Positions 39,346-48,704 of a stretch of 64,000 bases of DNA are shown in pieces. The notes under the pieces were generated by a model. The model saw only the letters and a program-made list of their open reading frames with translations, did no database searches and was not told where the DNA came from. Source of the stretch: Bacteroidota bacterium (lineage in GTDB: Bacteria; Bacteroidota; Bacteroidia; Bacteroidales; SZUA-534). A program made the position numbers and the translations under genes. The stretch spans positions 70,762 to 134,761 of the forward strand of contig QKGS01000040.1 of the NCBI GenBank assembly GCA_003250355.1, read 5' to 3'. Position 1 is the first letter of the stretch. Each line of letters starts with the position of its first letter.

Positions 39346-39473
39346 TATCTTTTATAAGAGTAAGTAATTATTTGAATTATTAAGCCGGTAGTACTAGTTC
39401 AAATTCAAAGCTGTTGAATAGTGTATTCATTACATTTTTTTTAGTTTTGTACATATTTTTAAAATAAGTTTCA

Positions 39474-41030
39474 GTGAGGGAAGAGTTCGATTTTCTGGTA
39501 ATAGGTTCAGGAATAGCCGGGTTATCATTTGCACTAAAAGTAGCAAACAATGGAAGAGTTGCAGTAATATCAAAAGCAAAACTCGATGAAACCAATACAG
39601 CCTATGCTCAGGGAGGAATTGCTGCGGTTACAAATAATCCCGACAATTACGAGAAGCACATAGAGGATACAATGATTGCCGGCGATGGAGTATCAAACAG
39701 AGATATTGTTAAAATTGTAGTTGAAGAAGCACCGGAGCGTATCAATGAGCTTATTTCGTGGGGCGCTGAATTCGATAAAAACCAAGACGGAACATATGAT
39801 CTGGCTCGTGAGGGAGGCCACTCAGAACATAGAATATTGCATCATAAAGACAGTACCGGATTTGAAATACAAAGAGCACTTATTCAAAAAGTAAGAAACA
39901 CCAAAAATATTGAAGTATTTGAAAATCATTTTGCAGTAGATATAATAACCCAACACCATTTAGGCAAAGATGTTCGTCGCTCAAATGCCGATATTACCTG
40001 CTATGGAGCATATGTTCTGAATCTTGACACACGCAATGTAATAACTTTCCTGTCGAAAAAGACACTAATAGCAACCGGAGGGTCCGGCAATAGTTATCAA
40101 ACTACTACAAACCCGGTAATTGCAACCGGCGATGGTGTGGCAATGGTTTACAGAGCAAAAGGGACTATTGAAAATATGGAATTTGTTCAGTTTCATCCTA
40201 CCGCACTGTATAATCCCGATGAAAAACCTGCATTTTTAATTTCAGAAGCTGTTCGAGGCTATGGAGCAAAGCTCAAAAATAGCCTGGGGGAAGATTTTAT
40301 GTTTAAATACGATGAGCGAGGTTGTTTAGCTTCACGCGATATTGTAGCCCGCGGTATAGATTCAGAAATGAAAATACTTGGCGACGACCATGTTTATCTC
40401 GATTGTACACATTTACCTTCCGATGAATTGAAGGAGAAATTCCCTATGATTTATGAAAAATGCTTGTCGCTTGGATACGATATTACCAAAGACCTTATTC
40501 CGGTAATTCCGGCAGCTCACTACCAGTGTGGCGGTATTAAGGTCGATACCTTTGGAAGATCTAATATACATAACTTGTATGCATCTGGCGAGGCTGCTTC
40601 AACCGGATTGCATGGCGCAAACAGGCTTGCTTCCAATTCATTGAGCGAAGCCGTAGTTTTCTCGCACAGGGCAGCAATGAATGCCATCGATACATTAAAC
40701 GAAAGTGTTATTAACTATCAAATACCGGTATGGAATATTGAAGGAACATCGCATCCCGAAGAAATGGTTCTTATAACTCAAAACTATAAGGAAATGCAAA
40801 TGATTATGAGTAACTATGTAGGTATAGTTCGTTCTGACCTTAGGCTCGACCGTGCTTTAAGACGTTTGGAAATTATATATACTGAAACAGAAGAGTTATT
40901 TAAAAAATCAATTCTTTCAAGAAAACTATGTGAACTGCGAAATCTTATTAATGTTGGGTATCTTATAATTAAAATGGCTCGCAATAGAAAAGAGAGCTTA
41001 GGATTACATTATACTATCGATTATCAGTAA
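39474..41030 (+). CDS. nadB: L-aspartate oxidase
   Basis: 518 aa. FAD motif FDFLVIGSGIAGL, NTAYAQGGIAA and HYQCGGI. The GTG at 39474 is the only available start. Confidence 0.9.
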   Translation: MREEFDFLVIGSGIAGLSFALKVANNGRVAVISKAKLDETNTAYAQGGIAAVTNNPDNYEKHIEDTMIAGDGVSNRDIVKIVVEEAPERINELISWGAEFDKNQDGTYDLAREGGHSEHRILHHKDSTGFEIQRALIQKVRNTKNIEVFENHFAVDIITQHHLGKDVRRSNADITCYGAYVLNLDTRNVITFLSKKTLIATGGSGNSYQTTTNPVIATGDGVAMVYRAKGTIENMEFVQFHPTALYNPDEKPAFLISEAVRGYGAKLKNSLGEDFMFKYDERGCLASRDIVARGIDSEMKILGDDHVYLDCTHLPSDELKEKFPMIYEKCLSLGYDITKDLIPVIPAAHYQCGGIKVDTFGRSNIHNLYASGEAASTGLHGANRLASNSLSEAVVFSHRAAMNAIDTLNESVINYQIPVWNIEGTSHPEEMVLITQNYKEMQMIMSNYVGIVRSDLRLDRALRRLEIIYTETEELFKKSILSRKLCELRNLINVGYLIIKMARNRKESLGLHYTIDYQ

Positions 41031-41069
41031 TATTTCATAGCTTTATAGTGCAAAATATCGTATTTATTT

Positions 41070-43811
41070 ATGAGTAGAATAGTAGGCTTTATAATTGTAA
41101 TTTTCGTTTTCCTTGCAGCACTTGCGGGCTTTTATTTTTATTTGAAAATACAAAAAGCTCCGGAGTCGGTAATATTTAATGCTGTTCCGGTAAAAACAGC
41201 TATGCTGTTTGAAATAAAGAAACCAGGGAATACGTTCGACAATTTAAATGAATCAAATACTATATGGAGTAAAATTACTTCAATCGACAGCAGTATGAAT
41301 ATTCACTCTTTCTTTAAAAACATTCCCGTTTTTTTAAATGAATCAGGAGCATTAATTGATTGGAAAGAGAGGAAGGCTATTGTTTCTGTACAAGAGATTG
41401 GCAAAAATAAATTTTCGTCACTGCTATTGTTTAAGGTTAAAGGGAAGCAGGAGAGTAACCGATTCCTGAAATCATTGCAGTCACATATTCAGAAAAAAGG
41501 GGTCATTACTGAGTTAAAATACAATCATGTAAAAATATTTAAATGTGCATTAAATAATAATAATACGTTTTTTGCCACCTATCATAAAGGAATTGTCATG
41601 ATAAGCGACAATCAAATACTTATTGAAGATGCAATACGTCAAACAGAGAGTGAAACCGGTATTTTAAATAGTAAAGAATTTCTATATTTAGTTAAAACAG
41701 CAGGCGAAAATGCCGATGCTACGGTATATGTTCAGTTTAATCGTTTCAGTGAATTTATAAAAAGTAAAATAGCAGTTGATTTGTACGATGCTATTGGAGT
41801 TAAAAACTTTGCCGAATGGGCTGCTTTTGATATAAATATAAAAAAAGAGACAGTTTTACTTAATGGCTTTGCGGTTTCAGGTGCAAAGCAATATAATTTT
41901 TCCAAACTCTTTGAAGGACAAAATGCAACCGGATTAGGTTTTTTAAAGTATGTTCCATCGTCGGCCGAAGGTTTTGTTGTTATGGGTATTAGCAATCTTA
42001 ATTTATATGCCGAAAATTTGAAGTACTATATGGAAGCAAGCGATCAACTAAGTCGCTACAATGTTAATTTATCGCAAATTCGCGAAGTGTATGGGAATAG
42101 CACAGTTGAGAACTTAAACAAAGTGCTAGATGGTGAAATAGCATACATTACAATGCCCGATGCGAATAATTATTTTTTAATAAAAACCACCGGATTTCGC
42201 GATGCTAACGATTATGTAAAAAACACCCTGAAAAAGTACAACGCAGAGCGTGATGTCTCTTTTGAATCGCTTACTTATGACTACAATCTTGACAGCGATG
42301 CCAAATTTGAAATTTTTAATATGCCTTTAAAACATTTTCCAACTCGGATATTCGGGCCATGGTTCAATAAGTGCAATGCAAATTATGTAACAGCATATAA
42401 AGATTATTTAGTGTTTGGAAACACGGTACAAAGCCTTAAGCGATTCCTTTATGACAATACACTCGAAAAAACAATGTTTTTCGATAAAGAATATAGTGAA
42501 TTTGAAAACTTTTTGTCGGCAAAACATAATTTTTATCTGTTTATGCCGTTTGTGGGTAATTCAACAAATCTTATAAATACTTTAAATACCGATGCCCTTA
42601 AATTTTATAAAGACAAACAAAATTCAATATCAGAGTTTTATGGTTTAGGGTGGCAGTTTTTAAACTCTGAAAATAAGTTATATAACAATATCGTTTTACA
42701 TTATAAACCAAGCAATCAAATAAAAGCCGGTACGCAGTGGGAATCGCGACTCGATACTTTGGTAGGCATTAAACCCGTGTTAGTAATAAACCACAGTACC
42801 AACGAAAAAGAGATATTTGTTCAGGATATGAACAACAACATTTATTTAATAAATAATAAAGGTCGCATTCTTTGGAAGAAAAAAATCAACAAACCAATTC
42901 TTGGAGAAGTTGTACAGGTTGATTATTATAAAAATGGGAAGCTGCAATTTCTCTTCAACACCGAGGATGAATTACATTTACTCGACAGAAATGGGAATAA
43001 TGTTGAAAAATATCCATTTTCCTTTGAATCAAAAGCAGTTGCTCCATTGGCAGTATTTGATTATGATAACAGGAAAAATTACAGAATATTTATCCCATTC
43101 GAAGACCGCTCGGTTAAGGCATATTCTATTGAAGGTAAAAAGGTTATTGGATATAAATTCAATGGTGCCGATAACGACATAATATCACAAGTTCAGTATT
43201 TTAGAGTGGGAGAGAAAGATTATATTGTAATAACCGACGATTCCAGAATATACTTTACTGACCGTCAGGGGAATGAGAGAATAAAGCTATCAAAACTTTT
43301 TGCTCCATCGGTAAACAATAAAATAATATTTCAACCCGGTAGCGATGCTAAGAATCATAGATTTATTCGTACATCAACCGATGGTAAAGTAAACTTTATT
43401 TATCTTGACGGAAATATTGAAACAGTTGAAATAAATAAGTTTACCGATAACCACTTTTTTGCATATAGAGACGTAACCGGCGATAAAGTTTCTGATTATG
43501 TTTTTGTCGATGAAAACTACCTTTCTGTATTTAACTCAAAAAAAGAGAAAGAGTTTAAAGTAAAATTTGCGTCAAATATAACATTGAAGCCTGCTTTTTA
43601 TAAGTTTTCATCAAGTAAGTTGGCAATAGGTATAACCGATTCCCAAAACAGAAAAATATATATGATAGACCAACGCGGCTCCGTACTCAATGGATTCCCA
43701 ATGCCCGGCAAAACCCGTTTTAGTATTGGAGTATTGTCGCCGGGTAGTAATCGATATAATCTTATAGTTGGTGGCGATAATCAGTATCTTTACAATTATA
43801 AACTTAATTAA
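41070..43811 (+). CDS. large hypothetical membrane-anchored protein (C-terminal beta-propeller-like repeats)
   Basis: 913 aa with an N-terminal TM helix (IVGFIIVIFVFLAALAGFYFYL). The C-terminal third has repeated D.NG/D..G.. strands suggestive of a propeller. The N-terminal part may be DUF3352-like (memory only). Confidence 0.6.
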   Translation: MSRIVGFIIVIFVFLAALAGFYFYLKIQKAPESVIFNAVPVKTAMLFEIKKPGNTFDNLNESNTIWSKITSIDSSMNIHSFFKNIPVFLNESGALIDWKERKAIVSVQEIGKNKFSSLLLFKVKGKQESNRFLKSLQSHIQKKGVITELKYNHVKIFKCALNNNNTFFATYHKGIVMISDNQILIEDAIRQTESETGILNSKEFLYLVKTAGENADATVYVQFNRFSEFIKSKIAVDLYDAIGVKNFAEWAAFDINIKKETVLLNGFAVSGAKQYNFSKLFEGQNATGLGFLKYVPSSAEGFVVMGISNLNLYAENLKYYMEASDQLSRYNVNLSQIREVYGNSTVENLNKVLDGEIAYITMPDANNYFLIKTTGFRDANDYVKNTLKKYNAERDVSFESLTYDYNLDSDAKFEIFNMPLKHFPTRIFGPWFNKCNANYVTAYKDYLVFGNTVQSLKRFLYDNTLEKTMFFDKEYSEFENFLSAKHNFYLFMPFVGNSTNLINTLNTDALKFYKDKQNSISEFYGLGWQFLNSENKLYNNIVLHYKPSNQIKAGTQWESRLDTLVGIKPVLVINHSTNEKEIFVQDMNNNIYLINNKGRILWKKKINKPILGEVVQVDYYKNGKLQFLFNTEDELHLLDRNGNNVEKYPFSFESKAVAPLAVFDYDNRKNYRIFIPFEDRSVKAYSIEGKKVIGYKFNGADNDIISQVQYFRVGEKDYIVITDDSRIYFTDRQGNERIKLSKLFAPSVNNKIIFQPGSDAKNHRFIRTSTDGKVNFIYLDGNIETVEINKFTDNHFFAYRDVTGDKVSDYVFVDENYLSVFNSKKEKEFKVKFASNITLKPAFYKFSSSKLAIGITDSQNRKIYMIDQRGSVLNGFPMPGKTRFSIGVLSPGSNRYNLIVGGDNQYLYNYKLN

Positions 43812-43813
43812 AA

Positions 43814-44356
43814 ATGGCAGAACTAATTAAGCTTATTGCTCCAATTATTATATCACTGGAGTTATTCTTTATAGCCGGCACAACAGGTTATTTTTCACAA
43901 AAGTTTAGCATAGGCGTTTTTGTCAGAACTACTGCCATTTGGTCATTCAGTGCGTTTGTTTTAATCCTGGGTAGTTATATAGGAGTTTGGGCAAAAAGCA
44001 TTTTAATGGCTCAAAGTAGTTGGTATGCAACTACTATACTATTTGCAATGGCTGTTAAGTACATATATGTATCGGTACGACTAAAGAAAGCCAGAAATAC
44101 AATTAACCCTCTCGACAATGCAGGATTGTTGATTTTACTATTGGGAATAGGTGTTAATGCTTTTTTCTTATCATTTGCCGGAGGCTTAATTACAGGTTCA
44201 ATTATACCTTACATTTGGATAATCCCAACTCTTCTTTTTCCATTGGCAGGATTATTGTATGGCATAGTTAGCGAAAAGCTGGATAATTTCAGGATTGAAT
44301 TATTATATGCGGCAGTGCTTATTTTAATTGCAGCAATAATTTTGAACAACAGCTAA
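43814..44356 (+). CDS. hypothetical polytopic membrane protein
   Basis: 180 aa with about 5-6 predicted TM helices. It starts 3 nt after the preceding gene. Confidence 0.6.
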   Translation: MAELIKLIAPIIISLELFFIAGTTGYFSQKFSIGVFVRTTAIWSFSAFVLILGSYIGVWAKSILMAQSSWYATTILFAMAVKYIYVSVRLKKARNTINPLDNAGLLILLLGIGVNAFFLSFAGGLITGSIIPYIWIIPTLLFPLAGLLYGIVSEKLDNFRIELLYAAVLILIAAIILNNS

Positions 44357-44384
44357 TTTTAAAGCAAAAATAAATAATACAGTT

Positions 44385-44621
44385 ATGATTAAATTTCTGG
44401 TAATATTTTTCATAGTAATATATGCATTAGCATATTTAGGGCGTTATCTTTTAACTCGTTTTATAAGAAATGCAGCAAGTCAGGCCGGACGTAATGCAAC
44501 ATACAGAAGAACATATAGCAATAGAAAAGAGGGGAGTGTTACAGTTGAAAACAATAAAAGCTCAAAGAAACACTTCTCTGGCAGCGATGGTGAGTATGTC
44601 GATTATGAGGAAGTGAAATAA
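44385..44621 (+). CDS. DUF4834-like small membrane protein
   Basis: 78 aa. N-terminal TM helix, basic linker, and C-terminal GEYVDYEEVK as remembered for Bacteroidota DUF4834 proteins. Confidence 0.6.
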   Translation: MIKFLVIFFIVIYALAYLGRYLLTRFIRNAASQAGRNATYRRTYSNRKEGSVTVENNKSSKKHFSGSDGEYVDYEEVK

Positions 44622-44668
44622 TTTTCAGATAACCTAAATATTCATTTGTTAACTTAAATCAAAAAAAC

Positions 44669-44676
44669 TATATTTG
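44669..44676 (+). promoter_or_regulatory. consensus promoter: -33 TTTG (44645-44648) and -7 TATATTTG, driving the tRNA-Leu locus
   Basis: TTTG-N20-TAnnTTTG. This is the only consensus promoter between the DUF4834-like gene and tRNA-Leu, about 140 nt upstream of the tRNA. Confidence 0.55.
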
Positions 44677-44704
44677 CGCACCTTCTTACGGAGGTTATTT
44701 CAGA

Positions 44705-44734
44705 AATGATATAAAGTATGCCCGGATGGCGGAA
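44705..44734 (+). repeat. direct repeat copy 1 (tRNA-Leu 5' 15 nt plus 15 nt of upstream flank)
   Basis: AATGATATAAAGTATGCCCGGATGGCGGAA, identical to 44803-44832. Confidence 0.95.
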
Positions 44735-44802
44735 CCGAGGAACGAGCTTCCGCCACCTGAATGTAGAAAGTTGAAAGAAAGCACACTTTCTAGGTATAGT
44801 AG

Positions 44803-44832
44803 AATGATATAAAGTATGCCCGGATGGCGGAA
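44803..44832 (+). repeat. direct repeat copy 2 (overlaps the genuine tRNA-Leu 5' end)
   Basis: AATGATATAAAGTATGCCCGGATGGCGGAA, identical to 44705-44734 with a 98-bp offset. Confidence 0.95.
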
Positions 44833-44899
44833 TAGGTAGACGCGCTGGTCTCAAACACCAGTGGAGCAATCCGTGCCGGTTCGAGCCCGGCTCCGGGTA
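44818..44899 (+). tRNA. tRNA-Leu (anticodon CAA)
   Basis: GCCCGGATGGCGGAATAGGTAGACGCGCTGGTCTCAAACACCAGTGGAGCAATCCGTGCCGGTTCGAGCCCGGCTCCGGGTA. Class II tRNA with a long variable arm, anticodon loop CTCAAAC, and T-loop TTCGAGC. CCA is not encoded. Confidence 0.92.
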
Positions 44900-44906
44900 C
44901 TTAAAA

Positions 44907-44929
44907 AACCCTCGGAAGAGGGTTTTTTT
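44907..44929 (+). terminator. intrinsic terminator after tRNA-Leu
   Basis: AACCCTC-GGAA-GAGGGTT hairpin followed by a T-run. Confidence 0.8.
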
Positions 44930-44949
44930 GTTTTTATTCATATGTAAGC

Positions 44950-45381
44950 ATGGACGACATTAAAGAAAAACAAGATAATCTGGATTATAAATATATACAG
45001 ATGGCTCGTATTTGGGCGGGTAATTCTTATTGCAAACGACGCCAGGTTGGGGCATTAATTGTTAAAGACCGCATGATAATATCTGATGGTTACAATGGAA
45101 CACCTTCCGGATTCGAAAATGTGTGCGAAGATGAAAACAATGTTACAAAACCATACGTACTTCATGCTGAGGCAAATGCCATAACTAAGGTAAGTAAGTC
45201 GAATAACAGCAGTTTGGGAGCAACACTATATGTTACCGCTTCTCCGTGTATGGAATGTGCAAAATTAATTATTCAGGCAGGTATTGTAAGAGTTGTATTT
45301 GCTGATTCGTACCGGCTCGATGATGGTATTAAGTTGCTCGAAAGAGCTAATATTGAGGTTAAACAAATTAAAGAATTATAG
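44950..45381 (+). CDS. dCMP deaminase (ComEB-type)
   Basis: 143 aa. VGALIV...DGYNG.PSG, zinc motifs HAEANAI and SPCMECAKLI. Confidence 0.88.
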   Translation: MDDIKEKQDNLDYKYIQMARIWAGNSYCKRRQVGALIVKDRMIISDGYNGTPSGFENVCEDENNVTKPYVLHAEANAITKVSKSNNSSLGATLYVTASPCMECAKLIIQAGIVRVVFADSYRLDDGIKLLERANIEVKQIKEL

Positions 45382-45444
45382 AATATCTCATTATTTTAGC
45401 GATTCTTATAGCAGATAATAAAAAGTCTGCCAAAAACAATTGAA

Positions 45445-47049
45445 ATGAGTAGCCAAAAAAAAATCACAAAGTTTGGAATGCCTTTAATTATCTCACTGTC
45501 GGTAATTTTAGGAATGTATGTTCAGAAAACACTCGATAAAAAGCCGAATAGCTTATCGTCAGGAAAATCAATGTATTCATCATCAAAAATTGAATCGCTT
45601 ATTCAGTATATTAAAACCGATTATGTTGATACAGTTAATATTCAGCAACTTGAAGAAGAAGTAATACCGGTTGTATTGGAAAATCTTGACCCTCATTCTG
45701 TATATATTCCCAAAGAAGATTTTCAGGCTATGAATGAACCACTTGAAGGTAATTTCGATGGTATAGGAGTTCAGTTTAATATCAGAAAAGATACAATTAC
45801 TGTAATTAAAACAATAGCAGGTGGACCATCAGAAAAAGTTGGAGTAAAAGACGGTGACCGCATTATTACAGTTAACGATTCCGTAGTTGCAGGTGTTAGC
45901 ATTACCAATGACGATGTAATGAAGTTGTTACGAGGAAAAAAAGGAACTAAAGTAAAGGTAGGCATTTACCGAAAGGGAGAACCCGATTTGATACCTTTTA
46001 CAATTACACGCGACAAAATACCATTATATAGCATTGACGTATCGTATATGATTGACAATAATATAGGGTATATAAAGTTGTCGAAATTTTCGAGAACTAC
46101 ATTTAAGGAATTTCAAGAAGCTGTTGCAAAGCTAAAGTCAAAAGGTATGTCGAAATTGATATTTGACCTGCGCGGCAATAGTGGCGGTTATATGGATATA
46201 GCCATTAGTATAGTCGATGAGTTTTTGCCGGCCGACAGATTAATTGTATATACCGAAGGTAAATCGAGACCTAAGGCAGAATATAAGTCAACTCACAGAG
46301 CTTCATGCACTAATATTGAAATATTGGTTATAATTGACGAGTGGTCGGCCTCGGCCAGTGAAATTGTAGCAGGAGCTATTCAGGACAACGACCGTGGGCA
46401 AATTGTTGGTCGCCGTTCATTTGGGAAAGGGTTAGTTCAGGAACCAATTATGTTTACCGATGGTTCGCAAATGCGCTTTACAACAGCCCGTTATTACACC
46501 CCTTCGGGCAGAAGTATTCAAAAATCATATGAAAATGGGCAAGATGAATATAACGAAGATATATTAAACAGATACAGCAAGGGAGAGTTTTTAGAAAAGG
46601 ATAGCATTCATTTTTCAGACACATTAAAATATTTTACTCTTTCGGGTCGTACGGTATATGGAGGCGGAGGAATAATGCCCGATATTTTTATACCCTACGA
46701 CACATTAGGAGAGTCGGAGTACTATACTAAGGTTAACAGAAAAGGGCTTGAATATACTTTTAGCTTCGAATATGCTGATAATAACAGGGCTGAATTAATT
46801 AAATATACCGATGTAAATTCATTGAAAGAGTATTTAGATAGGCAAGATTTGTTAAGCAAGTTTGTTGTGTTTGCAGAGAAAAACGGCATTAAGCCTGTTA
46901 AAAAGGATTTAAAAATATCGGGAGAATTAATAGAAATACAAATTAAAGCACTCATTGCAAGGAATGTACTCGACAATGAGGGGTTTTTTCCTATATTTCA
47001 GGAAATAGATAATACATTAAAAGAGAGCATAAAAATATTGAAAGAATAA
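45445..47049 (+). CDS. ctp: S41 family carboxy-terminal processing peptidase
   Basis: 534 aa. N-terminal anchor, PDZ domain (GGPSEKVGVKDGDRIITVND), and catalytic regions RGNSGGY, SASASEI and GKGLVQ. Confidence 0.88.
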   Translation: MSSQKKITKFGMPLIISLSVILGMYVQKTLDKKPNSLSSGKSMYSSSKIESLIQYIKTDYVDTVNIQQLEEEVIPVVLENLDPHSVYIPKEDFQAMNEPLEGNFDGIGVQFNIRKDTITVIKTIAGGPSEKVGVKDGDRIITVNDSVVAGVSITNDDVMKLLRGKKGTKVKVGIYRKGEPDLIPFTITRDKIPLYSIDVSYMIDNNIGYIKLSKFSRTTFKEFQEAVAKLKSKGMSKLIFDLRGNSGGYMDIAISIVDEFLPADRLIVYTEGKSRPKAEYKSTHRASCTNIEILVIIDEWSASASEIVAGAIQDNDRGQIVGRRSFGKGLVQEPIMFTDGSQMRFTTARYYTPSGRSIQKSYENGQDEYNEDILNRYSKGEFLEKDSIHFSDTLKYFTLSGRTVYGGGGIMPDIFIPYDTLGESEYYTKVNRKGLEYTFSFEYADNNRAELIKYTDVNSLKEYLDRQDLLSKFVVFAEKNGIKPVKKDLKISGELIEIQIKALIARNVLDNEGFFPIFQEIDNTLKESIKILKE

Positions 47050-47121
47050 ATGTTTTTATTTATTTAGCAAACAAGTTAAAAAATATACCGTAGTAGTAAT
47101 AAATTATAAATTCAAAAATAT

Positions 47122-48576
47122 ATGTCTGAAGTTTTAACAGGAACCCTGCAATATAAAGTTGCCGATATAAAATTGGCAGAGTGGGGACGTAAAGAATTAG
47201 ATTTAGCTGAGATTGAAATGCCGGGTTTAATGGCATTGCGTGAAGAGTATAAAGGAAAGAAGCCTTTAGCTGGCGCAAAAATTATGGGTTCGTTACACAT
47301 GACAGTGCAAACGGCTATTCTTATTGAAACATTAGTAGAACTTGGTGCCGATGTGCGTTGGGTTTCATGTAATATATTTTCAACTCAGGATCATGCAGCA
47401 GCAGCAGTTGTAGTTGGAAAAAAAGGTACTATTGACAGTCCAAAGGGTACTCCGGTATTTGCCTGGAAAGGCGAAACGCTGGAAGAATACTGGTGGTGTA
47501 CAAGCAAAGCTCTTTTGTGGCCCGATGGTTCCGGACCAAACTTAATACTCGATGATGGTGGAGATGCTACTATGTTAGTAGTTAAAGGTGCTGAATTTGA
47601 AGCAGCAGGAGCTGTGCCCGATACCAAAAAAACCGACTCTGAAGAGTGGGGTGTATTTCTGGAGCTTTGCCGCAAGCAATTAGCTGCCGACTCTAAGCAT
47701 TGGACTAAAATGCGTGATGCAATTCGTGGTGTTTCAGAGGAGACTACTACCGGAGTACACCGTTTGTATCAAATGGCTGAGGCAGGTAAACTTCCGTTTC
47801 CGGCTATTAATGTGAACGATGCGGTTACTAAATCAAAATTCGATAACCTTTATGGCTGCCGTCACTCATTAACTGATGGTATTATGCGTGCTTCTGATGT
47901 TATGTTGGCAGGTAAAGTTGCAGTAATTTGTGGTTACGGCGATGTGGGTAAAGGTTCTGCACAGTCGCTACGCGGTCAGGGTGCAAGAGTTATTGTTACT
48001 GAAATTGACCCTATTTGTGCATTACAAGCCGCTATGGAAGGTTACGAAGTAAAAACTGTTGAAGATGTTGTAGAATATGCCGATATTTTTGTAACCACTA
48101 CAGGGAATAAAGACATTATTACAGCTGACCATATGAGCAAAATGAAAAATATGGCTATTGTTGGTAATATTGGTCACTTCGATAACGAAATACAAATGGC
48201 TGAACTTGCTGCTGTGCCGGGAATTAAGAGAACAAATATTAAACCGCAGTTCGATAAATGGACATTTGCCGATGGACATAGTGTTCTTATTCTTGCAGAA
48301 GGTCGTTTACTTAACCTTGGTTGTGCTACAGGACACCCAAGCTTTGTAATGTCAGCTTCATTTACTAATCAGGTACTTGCGCAAATTGAGCTTCATACTA
48401 ACAACAATAAGTATAAAAATAATGTGTATACATTACCTAAATTCTTAGACGAAAAAGTAGCCCGTTTGCATTTAGATAAGTTAGGAGTTAAGCTCACAAA
48501 ACTATCGAAAGATCAGGCCGAATATTTAGGTATACCTGTTGAGGGGCCTTATAAACCTGAGCATTACAGATATTAG
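47122..48576 (+). CDS. ahcY: adenosylhomocysteinase
   Basis: 484 aa. [35 protein letters not shown] motif GYGDVGKG, and C-terminal HYRY. Confidence 0.95.
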   Translation: MSEVLTGTLQYKVADIKLAEWGRKELDLAEIEMPGLMALREEYKGKKPLAGAKIMGSLHMTVQTAILIETLVELGADVRWVSCNIFSTQDHAAAAVVVGKKGTIDSPKGTPVFAWKGETLEEYWWCTSKALLWPDGSGPNLILDDGGDATMLVVKGAEFEAAGAVPDTKKTDSEEWGVFLELCRKQLAADSKHWTKMRDAIRGVSEETTTGVHRLYQMAEAGKLPFPAINVNDAVTKSKFDNLYGCRHSLTDGIMRASDVMLAGKVAVICGYGDVGKGSAQSLRGQGARVIVTEIDPICALQAAMEGYEVKTVEDVVEYADIFVTTTGNKDIITADHMSKMKNMAIVGNIGHFDNEIQMAELAAVPGIKRTNIKPQFDKWTFADGHSVLILAEGRLLNLGCATGHPSFVMSASFTNQVLAQIELHTNNNKYKNNVYTLPKFLDEKVARLHLDKLGVKLTKLSKDQAEYLGIPVEGPYKPEHYRY

Positions 48577-48647
48577 GAAAGTAAGAATCTCAAATTCTGA
48601 ATGTAGAAGTTATAGAATTAAAATAATACAGAATGTACTAATATATG

Positions 48648-48673
48648 AAAGCGACTTTTACGAGTCGCTTTTT
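48648..48673 (+). terminator. intrinsic terminator of ahcY
   Basis: AAAGCGACT-loop-AGTCGCTTT followed by TTTTT. It lies inside the N-terminal extension of the next track ORF, which argues for the downstream start at 48705. Confidence 0.75.
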
Positions 48674-48704
48674 CATTTTACATGAAATTTGTAGATTAGC
48701 TAAA

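Noticed and set aside
44654-44941. 95-aa minus-strand ORF
   Set aside because: It overlaps tRNA-Leu, the tRNA terminator and the duplicated leader. It is open only because of the GC-rich RNA gene sequence.
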